Positions 41,401 through 54,763 of a DNA stretch of 64,000 nucleotides are shown here, piece after piece (position 1 is the first letter of the stretch; the number at the start of each line of letters is the position of its first letter). Under the pieces are notes generated by a model. That model was not told where the DNA came from and did not search any database. It saw only the letters and a program-made list of their open reading frames with translations. The DNA is from the human T2T-CHM13v2.0 reference genome, Homo sapiens: NCBI RefSeq assembly GCF_009914755.1, contig NC_060929.1, one strand, 5' to 3'. Both the position numbers and the translations under genes were made by a program.

Positions 41401-44400
41401 GGAAGTTCCCCCATCTCTTTGCCTTTGCTTCTCAGTACTCCCTGGGCCTGAGGTGTATCTCCTGCTCTTTCTGAGTTCTGCCCCTGCCCTCAATTCAGCC
41501 TCCTTATTCATACACCTTCCCCTGAGCCTTCTAGCTGGAAATTATCTCTCCCATGCCTCTCTTAGTGACCTAATCACTTTCAACTTAACAACATATTGGT
41601 TAATATATATGGGTTAATTTGCCTCCTTGTATGGGTATGCCTGGGACTGATTTATCTTTGGATTCTTGGTCCTGCCTGTAACAAGTGCTTAGTGTTCTGT
41701 TCATTGGCTGCACGAAAGAATGAATGCACGGGCATTAGCCACAGCAGGAGATGCCAGTCCTGGACAAGGACTCAAAGGGGGGACTTTAGGTAGTGGGTGT
41801 GAAAAAGCCTAAAGGTATGGGTATGCCTGGGAGCCTGGAGAAGTGGGGTGTGGAGGGCAGGGGTTGGCAGATAAGGCTGGGAATGGGATGAAGGTAGGGT
41901 TGGGGTTGAAGGTAGGTAGGGAAGGGTGTCCCACTCTTGGACATTATGCCTAGGAAAAGCCCTGAAGCTGAGCCCAGAGAGGAAACAGAAGGAAAGAAAA
42001 TAAGCAAAACACATTGTTCTCACTTGGGGTTATTGAAAGTGGCTGTATCTCAGAGATTGAACACAACAATCCCGCTGGAGTTTGGGGAGATATATTAGAA
42101 TTTGTATTTATATATAGTTCTCATTAAAAGTTTTCATTTTTCGATATGTTTTAATATGTATCTATAGTGTTGTGATATATGTATGAAATTTAAAAATAAA
42201 TACATTAAGATATTTATATACTGGCTTGGATGACACAATTTTTAAAAAACTAATGGAGTATGTAATCCAAAAAGTTTGCAGGCTGTAGCTTTAGAGGCTC
42301 AATCCCTGTACTAAGGCAGAGACTGCCGACAATCTTCCAACCTCAAGCTGATGTTTAACAATTTCATCTATTATTTAGGAAAAACATAAGAAGGGTCCTT
42401 TGGTTTACTTTTATTTGTATGCTGTCTTAGGATCCCAGCTAAAGTTCAGTGTATTGTCATAATAAAGTACACTGCCTTGGGATTGCTTAGCCCTTGTTTT
42501 AAATTCTGGCTCTGCAACATAGTAGATCTTGGGCAAGGCAGCTTCTCTGGGTCTTGGTTTCCTTATCCATAAAATGGGTTTAATATTAGTACCTGCCTCA
42601 TAAATGAGATAATGCTTGTGAAACCCTTAGTAAAATACCTGGTATATAATGGATGCTCATACATTGTAGCTACAAAAGGAGTCCAGAAATATCAATCAGC
42701 TAGTGATCACTTCTCCATCCTGTGACCATAGCAGACGTCACTAATTGATCCAGCTTGTTTTCCTTCTGGACCTAGACTAGACCTCAGAATTAGGTCAAAT
42801 AATAAAAAATTTTTCCCGGGGGCAGTTGCAGTCTCTGAAAAGCATTTTTTCCAAAGCTGCTAATGTACAGAAGCAACCCTGTGGACCTCTCCAGCAGCAG
42901 GAGAGATCCCAGTGAGACTTGAAGAAGAGCTTTTCCTATTTAGGATCCCAGTGGGATGTTATCAAGAAGGTCTTTGAAAACTTTTCCCTAGGGACTTTTT
43001 TTGGGCTATGGCAACAACAATGAGGATAATGCCACACATTTTGAACAGTGCTTTATAGTTTTCAAAGCACTTTCATGCACATTTTTAAACTTCATCTTCA
43101 TAGCAACCCTGCCTGACAAAGCAGAGAAACCATTAGAGTCAGACAAATAGCATTTTTTTAAAAAGTGAAAAGAACCCTAGAGACTGTCCAACCTCCTCAT
43201 TTTATAGACAAAGAAATTGAGGCCTAACAGAATGACTTGTTCCAGGCAAGATTCTTGAAGTCCAGATACTGATATTCTGCTTCTTGGTATCACTCAATGT
43301 GCTTAGCACATGCTTAGTAAAGATTCGTTCCAAAAGGAATGAATGAATGAACAAATGGATAAATGACTCTGTGAATGAATGTAGTCTCTTAGTGGCCATA
43401 TCAAGACCACTAGAACCTTTTTTCTGTGATGGGGAAAGAACTTTTTTTCCAGAAGCCTTCTATAGCTATGAATTCCTATTGCCTGTATTTTCACCTGGGA
43501 GTCCCTGCAGGTTCCAACTATGAGAAATGGTCTAACACAGATTTTGGCTTTGACCAGAAGCTGTGAACTTTTGGGGAAGGGAAACACCACCTTTGGGAAA
43601 AAGTGCAGATGGGGAGACTTAAAACTCCATGATGCCTGAGACTTGGATGGAGAAGGAACATTTGGTGGTGACCATTTTGAAATGTTAGGCTCTTGAAATT
43701 TTAACAATCTTGTAAGATTGAAGCTTGCTTTACCTAAGGCTATAGCAGTGCCTGGGTCCCCCTCTTTAAGGCTCACCCCAGTCCTTCCCCACCCCCAGGT
43801 CTCAGGACATCCCCACCTGATCCACTTGGTGTTTCCATAAGTTCCTCTTTTGGGGGGAAGTGAGCCCACATAAGGCTGACTTTGTGGGAAAGCCTCACTT
43901 GGGTTGGCTCTATGATATGAATGGGTCACATGGAAATAATGAGTGTAGTTTCTTTGGTGTTTGAGGAGACGGCCTGACCCCTATTTTTTCTGGGAGCTAA
44001 TTTGAATGAATTTCTTCCTTTCTTTGATATCGACTCTCTCCTGGGCCTTATGAATACAGAATTTATAGACAGTCAGGAAACGATTGCGAAGTGAGGTAAG
44101 ACATCCATAAGTGAGATAATTAAGTGAAAATTTGTAGATTTGACTGAAGTTGTTATAAAATGAGTCACAGTTATAGCAATAGGAGCTTAGTGAAGGAGTC
44201 ACTGGGTTATAGCATGGAACTTGAACTGGATGCAAAAGAGTTTTATATATATATATATATATGTTTATATTATTTATTATTATAATAGCACTTACTACAT
44301 GCCAAGCCCTATTCTTGGTAATTTGTCAATATTGATTTATTTAATTGTTGTAACAAGCTTATAAAGTAGGCACTATGATCATCATTTTATAGGTGAGGAA

Positions 44401-44580
44401 ATCAAGGTAAAGGGAGGTTAAGTAACTCACAAAAAGTAGAGGTGGAATTTGCATCTAGACAACCCAGTGTCTATAATCTTATCCACTGTGCTGTGCTCTC
44501 TCTCTGGGTATGTGAGATTTGGAACGCAGAGGAGGGGGGCAATGTGTGAACAATATGAGGAAAGAGTTGGTATTGATAGT

Positions 44581-44966
44581 GCACCTTGGTCTGTTTGTGC
44601 TACTATAAGAAAACACAGACTGAGTATTTGTAAAGAACAGAGATTTGTTTTCTGGAGGCTGGGAAGGCCAAGGCACCAGCAGGTTTGGTTGTCTGGTGAG
44701 GGCTGCTCTATGCCTCCAAGATGGCACCTTGCTGCTGTATCTTTCAGGAGGGGAGGAATGCTTTGTCCTCACATGGCGGAAGGTAGAAGGGCAGGTGAAT
44801 GGAACGCTGTGTGAAGTCTCTTTTATTAAAGACTTTAATCCCATTCATAAGGGAAAAAAACCCCATAGCCTAATCACCTTTTAAAGGCCCTACTTCTTAA
44901 TACCATCACATTGGCTATTAAGTTCCAACACCTGGATTTTTGAAGGGGACATATTCAAACCATAGC
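44581..44966 (-). mobile_element. MaLR solo LTR (MSTC/MSTD-like)
   Basis: CTGGAGGCTGGGAAG...CTCCAAGATGGCACCTTG...GACATATTCAAACCATAGCA. Confidence 0.8.
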
Positions 44967-45079
44967 ACAATGGGTCCAGTCTATTCAGGAGAACCAGCTA
45001 GGTTGGAGTGCAAGAGGTTAAGCTGGAAATACCAGCCTAGAGATGTAAAAATAGGTCAGTGGGTTAGAGTCTGATAATA

Positions 45080-45398
45080 GTTTTCTTTTTCTTTTTTTCT
45101 TTTTCTGGAGATGGAGTCTCACTTTGTCACACAGGCTGGAGTGCAGTGGTAGGTCATGGCTCACTGCAGTCTCAGCCTACTGGGCTCAAGCGATCCTCCC
45201 ACCTCAGCTCCACAAGTAGCTGGAACCTCAGGTGCATGCCACCATGCCTAGCTGATTTTTAAATTTTTTTGTATATTTTTGTCACTATATTGTCCAAGGT
45301 GGTCTCAAACTCTCAAACTCAGGAGGACTTGTAGAGACTAGTCCTCCTGCTTTGACCCCTAAAATGCTGGGATCACAGGCATGAGCCACCGCTCCTGT
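45080..45398 (-). mobile_element. AluJ, diverged and internally rearranged
   Basis: TGGGCTCAAGCGATCCTCCCACCTCAGC is AluJ-type; poly-T at left. Confidence 0.92.
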
Positions 45399-45416
45399 CA
45401 TGATTATAGATAGTTT

Positions 45417-45903
45417 TGTGGTCGCACAAATTCTTTGATATTTTTCCCTTCAAGAGATGAAGGAATATGATATGAGATGGACTTAGTGACTGACTTCTAA
45501 TAGAATATAGCAGAAGGAGTTGGGTGTGATTTCCAAGACTAGGAAGTTACTACTGTAACGGCATTGTGGCTTCCTCCTCTTTTTCTCTCTAAAGTTTCTC
45601 ACCTTGGGAGATGCAGGCTGTATGCCATGAGGAGACTCAAGAAGCCCTTTAGAGAGATTTCCATGTGGGAAACCAAGCCATCCATCAACAGCCATGTGAG
45701 TGTGGCATTTTGGAAGCAGATAATCCATCTTCAGTCAAGCCTTCAGATGACTGCAGCTCTGGCTGACAACTTGACTGCAACCTTGTTTTAATTCCTAAGC
45801 TTCTGGATTCCTGACTTACAGACACTGGAAAATAATACTCATTTGTTGTTTTAAGCTGCCAAATTTTGGAGTAACTTGATCTATAGTAATAAATAACTAA
45901 TAT
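45417..45903 (+). mobile_element. Old MaLR LTR (MLT1E/F/G-like)
   Basis: GACTTAGTGACTGACTTCTAATAGAAT...CAAGCCTTCAGATGACTGCAG...GTTGTTTTAAGCTGCCAAATTTTGG...AAATAACTAATA. Confidence 0.75.
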
Positions 45904-48341
45904 GGTCTTCAGTGCTATGCTGAGAATTGCGGAATTTGTTTTCTAATTCTAGTACTTTGCCTAATACGAAGTTGAGAAATGTGTCCTAAATTGAGTTGTT
46001 GATACTAGAGAGCTGCTGGAGGGTTTTGAGCAGGTGAACAACATGATAACAGTAATCTTTTAGATAGATTAATAAAGAGTGGGTGGGCGAGATGAATTGG
46101 GGAAATAGGGAGTGCTTGTGGTAGGGAGGCAATTCAGGATTTTGAAATGGCTCAAGCATGTAAATGGATTGGTCTAGGGTGAGGCTTAGGGTGGGGAAAA
46201 GAAATGAAGCAAATATAAGTTCTGTGAGAGCTGGGTCCTTGGCTTTTTTTTTTTTTTTCCACCAGAGTCTTGGAACCTTCCATACTGCATGGCACATAGT
46301 AGGCACCCAGTAAAATTTATTGCACGGATGATTGAATATGTGAGTGAGTGAATAAAAAAGATGGAAATGTAGTGCCCCAGAAAACTTTGTTTCTGCTTTT
46401 GTTTAGAAATGAAAACCCTCCAAATATTGCATAGGTAATGTCTGAAGTAGATTTCAGTTACCTCAAACTCTATTTTCAATTTCCATGATTCTGATTGGGA
46501 CCAGCTTGTTTTCAAAGCCCATTTCCATTCTGAAGTTGATTTTAAAACACTCTTTTTCTTTTCATATCATTCCTGACACAAACATTTATTGAGCATCTAT
46601 AATATGCTTGGCATCGTGATGGGCCCTGGGGGAGAAGATGAGTGAGAAATGGTCCTGTGGAGTGTCAGTATTTCTTTCTCTGCTTTTATCTCTAGGCATC
46701 TCAGAAGTTTATTTTTGAAATAAAGATTCATTTTCTAAGTGGAATTCTTAAGTGGGGAGCGATGAGATGAATTCGGGCTTTTAGGAGCTGATTTTAGAAC
46801 TTGTGGATGACTTCGACTGTTTCCTGCTCATCCTTGCTGATATGCCCTATTAATATTCAAAAGCTGTCACTTTATTTTATCTTTGTTCTTTAGTAGACTA
46901 GACTGCTGGCTGAGAGAACCTAGTTTGTCTGGTTTAGTCTTGTCACATTTGTGGGGTAGGACAAAAAGAGACATGGCCCAAGGTTGTTAGGTTTTTTTTT
47001 TCCTCCAGTTTTGGGGAGTTTCTGCATATTTCTCTTGGCATCACACTTTATTTAATTGACTTTTGTCCCTTTTTCTTGTAAATAAAATTTGCTGTTGCTA
47101 GGAAAAAATCCCAGACATGAGCAAGACCTGCTGTTGAGTGGATGGTTGCTGCAGGATGTACCATCTGGATTTGAGGGAGTCCGAGAAAAATCTCTAGGAC
47201 TGATGATAATATATTACAGGCAGAGTCCCCCTTACTAGCAGGCACTGCCAGGAATGCTGTGTTTGAAAGGACTCTGATGTGCACTTGGGCTTGGCAGGAA
47301 AGAGGAGAATGCGGCATTAGGGATGACTGTCGCTGGTCATGAGCTGGGGACTAGCAGAGCGTGTGTTTGGAGTAACTGTTGAAAGTCTGGGTCTCAGCTT
47401 AGGCATTCACAGTAAGAAACCAGATGCATGGAGGCTGAGATAATTTCATTTTCCTTGACTAATTTTTCTCCATCTCTTTTCCATTTTCTCTGTCATCATT
47501 TCCATCTTTCTTCGCCCACTTCCGTGCTCTTTTTTCTCCTGCCCTATTGTTTCTCTTTTTCTTCTCCCTTTGCCTCTGCTTACCTCTCTTTCTACTGACA
47601 TGAAGAGCACCTTTCCATACCCACCCTGGTCACACACTTTAGAAAGCTATGGCTTTTCTCTGCTAGTCTTGGTACAGTTCAGAACTACTTAGTGCTTAGG
47701 TTGATGGGTGGATGGCTTTACAACTGCCAAGGCTTCATTTTGCCTCTGATCCTTCTGGTCTTCTTGACATGCTGGCACAGGCACTAGAGGAACCCTAAGA
47801 CGTGCAAGGCCACAGCCACATACCTGGTCAAGAAGTTGCTGTCAAGACATGGAGGATATACAAATAGTGACCCTCTGTTTCCTCTCTCCATTTGTACCCA
47901 CACTATGCATAATCTCTGCGGGGTGTTCCTCTTGGCTCTTCTCATCAGAAGTAAATTCGTTTAACATTAAAAAAAAATCTAAAAATATTCAGACACTGGA
48001 CTCTAAAGGACAAACTGTATTTCATTTAAATTTGCCTTCCATTTAATTCAAGGCGGGCATGCTCGAAGCTGCTTCCTCTAGCAGTGGCAGACTCAACTAT
48101 TATCATAATGCTGTCTCCCTTTTTTTCCCTTCTCCCCATTTGATAACCACATTTTACTCTTAAATATTTAGTTTTCTTTTATTCAACCTTTTAGGTTACT
48201 ATATTGGTGTAGAAGGGAGGGGGGAGAGAGTCTTTTTCTCATTCCAGTTGATATTCATCTGTCTGCCTAAAATTATTTTTTTTCTTCTTTTTTCCTTTTT
48301 CTTCTTTGTCATTTACCACCATTTTGGCTGGTGGGTGTAGG

Positions 48342-48344
<3 letters not shown>

Positions 48345-48373
<29 letters not shown>
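48345..48373. repeat. Poly-T tract (about 29 nt)
   Basis: Direct read; no adjacent Alu or L1 body recognised. Confidence 0.9.
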
Positions 48374-48377
<4 letters not shown>

Positions 48378-49085
48378 TCTAAGCACATTGAACGTCTTTA
48401 GCTTGTACATTAGACAGGAGACTGATAGGATAATGATGATGGAATGTTAAATGCTATCTATGTAAATCAGCTCCTTCAATGGGTACAAGATTCAGCTACT
48501 TTAGGTCTTTTTTTATTTGACATACATTTTCATTTTTTTTAAGGAGAATAATCTTGGATTGTTATTAACCTACTTTAGAAGAATCTTTGCATTACCAGAC
48601 ACATTACTATTTTGCATAAAGTCATATTAAATTTTGGTATGATGTACAACATCATTTTCTCTTAAATGTCGCTTTTAACCTCCAAGTAGTTTCTTTTGTA
48701 TCTTTGGTCTAGGATTGGTTTCTTGTAGCCAGATTGCAATCAGGAAGTAGGAAGGAAGAAATGAAGATCTTTACATGCTCTCTGTTGGCAGGGGAAAGGA
48801 ACTGATCTTTTCTCCATTTATTTGAGGCATGGAAATCAGCTGGCTAGATTCTTTAAGGGTATGTATATTTTGAGGTAATAAGAGAAACCCCTGGTATATC
48901 TTTGAGTTCCAGAACAAAGCCGATGAGAGCCCAGCTTGCAATAGGATTGGATTCAATTAAGGCCATTAGAATAGTTATCATGCTTTTGGTTGCCAGTGAA
49001 AGACCCAACACTATCTGATTATACACAAGGATGCAGGTGGTCTCAGGGATGGCCTGGAACCAGGATCTCAAGAGACCTCATCAGG

Positions 49086-49560
49086 TTTCCCTCTTCTCTT
49101 CTTTTCCCTACTCTTCGCCCTCACCCCTTCCCATTGTTCTTTTTGTATCTGTCTCTATATACCTTTCTTTCCTTTTTCCATTCTCTCCCATCGGTTTCCC
49201 TCCCTCTCTCCCTCAATTCCCTATCTCCTCCACCTCTCCCTTTATCTCTCCTCATCTCTTCTTCCACCTTTCTCCACTCATCACTCTGTACCTCGTTTCT
49301 CCCATTTTTCTCTCTCCATTTTCTCTTCTTTCTTTCTCTCACCCCATTTCTACTCCCATCTTTCTCCCTCATCTTCCCCCTCTCTTTCATGGATTCTTTG
49401 TCTCCTCCCCATCTCTTCTCCCATGTCTCTGTTTTTCCATCTTTCTCTTACACTTTCTCCCCAAACCCTTTCCCATATTTCTTTCTTTCTCTCCTCCAAC
49501 TCATCATCCCTCTGCCCCACCTCTAACCCTCTCCTCCACACCTTGCCCCATCTCTTGCCT
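49086..49560. repeat. CT-rich low-complexity polypyrimidine tract
   Basis: About 470 bp of mostly C/T with very few G on the + strand. Confidence 0.9.
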
Positions 49561-51829
49561 GCTCCACACAGACCTGTTTAGTAACTCCCTGCACATATTG
49601 GGAGACATGGCACAGGCAGCTCCAGTTTTACATATTCCCAGCTTGGCAGCTCCAGAGAAAGGACTGTGCTCTTTCCCTAGGCTTCAGTTTTATATAAATT
49701 TCAATGGAGATTTTAATTGACCTTGCTTGGGTTTCCCATCCACTTCTTGGGATTAATTCATTTATGCCAGCAAAATAAGAAGCTGTCTTGCTTACTTGGG
49801 TCAAATGCCCATCCATATGGCCATTGGTGATGGAGATGAATGTAAGGTGTTTGATATGTGGCCCCACTATAATCATTTGTAGTAGAAAAGGAGCTGTTTC
49901 ATTAAGCACATGAGAATGTTACTAACAGAAGAAACAGGAAATAGACTCTGGGCAGAGAGAAGCAGCAGATGTCTACTACAGCCACCAAGGCAGGGGTATG
50001 GGAAGAAGAAAACTGCCCTCCATACCATTACACTGTCCTGTCCAGATGGTGTATATTGATAGTGGGGTGGGAGGGTATGTCTTTCTAGTGGATATAGCTG
50101 ACCTTTTCTCATTTGGTTTTAGGAATCCTTCCAGTTTGTTGGAAAAGACTCATTTAAAAAATCCCTTTAGTAATCTTTCCACCTTGTTACTAATGTCTTC
50201 CACTTCCCAGCCTGTTATGAGAGGGTTGCTCCAGCTAAGTCAAAATAGCCACACATTTCTCACTCTTGGTTTCTTTCCCCAGGCTTCTTCTCATTCTAAC
50301 TGTACCAACTCTATACTGTTTCCTGAGATGCCTCAATTCCCACAGGAGACATGAGCTAAGCCCTCCTTATCCGTGGCTCAACCTGAAATGGGTGGGCATA
50401 TTTCAAACAAAGAAGCAAAAAAAAAAAAAAAAAAAAAAAAAGAGAGAGAGAAATGAAATAATCACAGGAAGGAAATAATTATCTAATATAGGGGCACTCA
50501 GAATTGCAGTGGGAAATTTGGGGAGCTGGGATGTAAAGGTGCATACTCAGTCTCATGGTGCATCAGTGGTTTTGGATTGATTTACACAGAAGGAGATGGA
50601 ATCTATAACAAGATAGGAGAAAGAGAACAGAACAGTGAGGCTGGAGGGTGCTGATGATACATTTTGCTTTCTTTATACTAGTTTGGAGGTGAATGTCCTT
50701 TGCTCAACAGAAACATGCTAGGATTTTGGAGCTTGGGTGGGGAGAGTGACAAGCACACCTTTAATTAGGATGGAAAGCATTTCGTTAGATTTACTTCCTT
50801 CAAAATACTTTAACTGAAGAAAGCCAACCCCAAAGTTGAGTTGAGGCCAATTCAATTTCTTCCTAACAAATAGAGCCAGGAGTGCTGATGATGTATGTCA
50901 ACGGAGAATGCAACCTCATGGGTCCTTCTCAACATGCTTATGGAGGAGGTCATGGGGCAAGAGGGAAAACTGGGCTCAGCAGGGTGGTGCTGAGAGCTCT
51001 ATTTCCTCCACCAGGCTGTTAATAGCAGTTTCTGGCCGAGCCTGTGGCTCAAGCTGCCCATTTTGAATTTGGCTGGTGACTCCTCTGGGCAGGCTCTGTG
51101 CGTTTGCCTGTTTGTGTTAGAATGCGACACATGGACCCAGCAGTCAGCCAGGTGCCAACCATGTAATCCGACGCCATATGTTCCCAAGTCAGGAGAGAAT
51201 AGAGCAGATTTTTTTTTCTCAATTTTGGAAGTAGGTTAATTACATTCATCTACATTTTCAGCTCTAGGGGTCACAGATGCTAAATTATTTCTGACATATT
51301 TAGGTGGTCATTTATGACCAAAATTATTAAGTGTGAACTTTACCATCTATGGGAGGGTGCAAAGTCCATATTCCTAAAATGAGACCACATTTCAAAAAGA
51401 TGTTCCCTTGGTGAAAATGTTTCTCATTGGCACTGCTTTTAAAATGGATTTAAAGTGTTGTTTTGAGGGTAAATTGGTGCTTCTCATTTTATCAGCCTGT
51501 TCCTCTGCCCGGATGTTGGTTTGTTTGTGGTATTTACCCAGTTTTCCAGCGGATGTTAATGGATACAGCCAGTTGTGTCCTTTCTCTGCTGCTTTATGTT
51601 CTTCAAGCTTTAAGTACAAAACCCTAACTTTTGAGTGAAAAATGCCTGTGTGACTCAGGGTATTTAACCAAGGCAAGTGAATGGCGGTCTTTCACATGGC
51701 TAATATTTATGGAGCATTTGATCCGTGTCAAGACACTGCTGAGATGTTTAAATGCAGTATCTTATTCAATTCTGGAACAACTCATGTGGCAGAAACTCTT
51801 GTTATCCCTGTTTTGCAGTTAAGACATTG

Positions 51830-52020
51830 GATGTGCCTATTACCTTCCATTAGCCTTTCCAGATGTGGACCTCACACTGCACCCTGCTCTGTGTCTCAGT
51901 AGGCTGATCAATATGGATTACATCTGCAGTCCCCTGCCCTCTGGCTTATTTTGAGGTTTGGTCACTGAGGATCTTGGAGAAGGACATTGGAGGGATAAGG
52001 GGAGGAGAGTGGAGTAGAAC
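51830..52020 (-). mobile_element. LTR33-like ERVL LTR fragment
   Basis: CCCTGCTCTGTG...AGGCTGA...CCCTGCCCTCTGGCTT...GGAGGAGAGTG resembles reverse LTR33. Confidence 0.6.
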
Positions 52021-52221
52021 TAGGACTAGAACTTGACAGTTTGCATATGAATCCAATCCCTGTGCTTACAAGCTATATTCTCTGAGTAAGTTTCTAAGCA
52101 TCTTTGATCCTCAGATTTTTGTCTGTGAAATGGAGATGATTCTTCTTATTTCTTGGATAGTGGTGGGGGACTATTCAGTTAGATGACGTACATAACAATA
52201 TCTAGCCAGATTTCTCATTGT

Positions 52222-52375
52222 AAATATGTATATATACATATATATATACACACACACACATATATGTTTGTATTTATGTTTATATACATAAACATATATA
52301 TGTGTTTGTATTTATATGTTTATATACATAAACATATGTTTATGTATATAAACATATATATATATGTTTGTATTT
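52222..52375. repeat. AT-rich (TA)n-derived simple repeat containing palindromes
   Basis: Repeated TATATGTTT / AAACATATA units. Confidence 0.85.
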
Positions 52376-53152
52376 CCTTTGCATTTTGAAGTAGTCTGTG
52401 GGGGTGATACTTTGTTACTATAGTCTATTCTCTAATGCATCAGATGCCTGTATCCTGCCCAGATCCCCCTCACCCGTCTGGGAGGTCACCTGCATACAAC
52501 GAACCACTGCCACAATCTCCCTGCCAGAGGGAGTGTGCTTTGCCTTCAAGAGGAGCATGCCAGGGATGCCCATGTTTCTGTTGACTCCTGGATTTTAAAG
52601 GTTTTCTTAAAATTTGAGATTTTTCAGATTTTACAAAAATTTGAATTTTGTCAACTGCCTTCTCAGTATTTATAGTTCACATGATTTCCCTCTTTGATTT
52701 ATTAGCATGTCGAATTACATTAATGGATTTCCTTGTGTTGAACTCTCCTTGCATGTCTGGAACATTATTTTAATTAGCTATTTGGTTCTCTTTGCTAATA
52801 TTTTATTTATTGTTACATCCCTATTTACAAGTGAGATTGGTCTGTAGTTTTTGATACAATCTTTACCAGATTCAGGTATCAGTGTCATACTTGCCTCAAA
52901 AGGAATTGGGAAAATTTTATTCCTTTTTAATTCTCTGGACCAGCTTAAGTAGCACTGGGATTACTTCTTTTTGGAAGGTTTCGTACAGTTTGTGTATGAA
53001 ATAATTTAGGTTGAGTGCTTTTTTATTGTTAGTTTTTGTTTGTTTTGAAGTAGGTCTTTGATAATTTTGTCTATTTCTTATAAGAAATTGGTATGTTTAA
53101 ACTTTCTCTAACTGGAATCAATTTGGGAAGTTGCCTTTTTAAATAATTATTT

Positions 53153-53459
<307 letters not shown>

Positions 53460-54730
53460 TTATTCATTTATTTAGGTTTTTAGATTTCTTACAGAGTTAC
53501 ACAAAGTGTTTTCTAATGTCTTCAGTTTTCAGTTTCAGTGGTTGTTTGCCCCTTGCCATTTCTTTTTTATGCATTTGTGCTTTCTCCCATTTTTTTCCTT
53601 GATTAAGCTCGTGCTTTGTCTGTTTTGTTGATTTCTTGAAAGACCAGTTCTGTTATTCAGTTTTATAAAGCATTAAATTCTGCTATTTATTTTCTTCCTT
53701 CTGCTTTGTTTTGATTTACTTTATTATTCTTGTTCCAGCTTTTAATTTGGTTGTTTAATTTATTTTCATTCTTTTATCTCTACTGGTTTCTGCTTTAGTT
53801 GTGTCCTATAGATTCTGATATGTAGTTTCTAAAAATTATCATTCTAACATTTTCTTTAGCACATATTAAATTTTTATATATCCTCAAGTTTATTCATGTT
53901 CTGTCTCATCTGTATCATTTACGTGTCCATCTATTTTTTCCAGGATGAAAATTTTTAAGTCACTATAGCTGTATAACACATTTGCTATATAACATATATG
54001 AAGCAAGTCAGTCCTCATTCTCTTCTTTTTCTTCACATTTGTTTGTGTAGTTTTACTTGCTGGTGAGTAGTTTTACTAAAATTGACATTTACAATTACTT
54101 GTCAAATTTTACTGGGATTGCATTGATTATGTAGATTTGCTGGGGAGAACAGATACGTTTATAATATTGAATCTTCTTACCCCAAAACAAGTTATATCTC
54201 TTCATTGTTTGTTTTTTAATGTCCTTCAATAGTTTTATTTTTACTTTTGCACATGTTCCACCAAACTGTTGTTTTATTTACTCCAAGTTTTAGGCTTTTC
54301 ATTCTTTATTATTGTTATTATTATTTTTGCTAGTGTGAATGGAAAATTTTCCCCCTCTATATTCTGTAAGTATTTACTGTTCATTTATAAGAATGGCATT
54401 GATTTTCATATATTTCTTATGTAACTGGCTTTATTAAATGCTTTTATTTTTTCTATGATTTTTTGTTATCTTATGCTTTTTAGGTATATAATTATTAAAA
54501 TAATGATAACTGAGCATTCATTTTTTTTGAATAGTCATATCTATTATTTTGTTGCTTTTACATATGCTGACTGGCACCTTTTAGAACAATATTAAATAAA
54601 AAATGTAAAAGCATGTCTCACATTTATTGCTGACTTTAATGGAGATGCTTCTAGTATTTCAGTAGTTAGCATGTTTCTTAATTTGAGAGGTTACATATGT
54701 CTTTTTTCAAAAAGGAAGTTTTTTAAAAGA

Positions 54731-54763
54731 GGGAGCATAGCCCAGTAGCAGAGCATTTGACTG
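54731..54763 (+). pseudogene. tRNA-Cys(GCA) 5'-half retrosequence
   Basis: GGGAGCATAGCCCAGTAGCAGAGCATTTGACTG matches recalled tRNA-Cys 5' sequence GGGGGTATAGCTCAGTGGTAGAGCATTTGACTG at 28/33, all transitions. Followed by A6; no 3' half. Confidence 0.8.

Noticed and set aside
43303-43929. 208-aa minus-strand ORF
   Set aside because: Non-ATG start, no recognisable domain, and ends in an L2-type (GAAT)n tail.
48990-49720. 178-aa and 229-aa ORFs
   Set aside because: Stop-codon-poor CT-rich low-complexity sequence giving S/L/F/P-biased translations.
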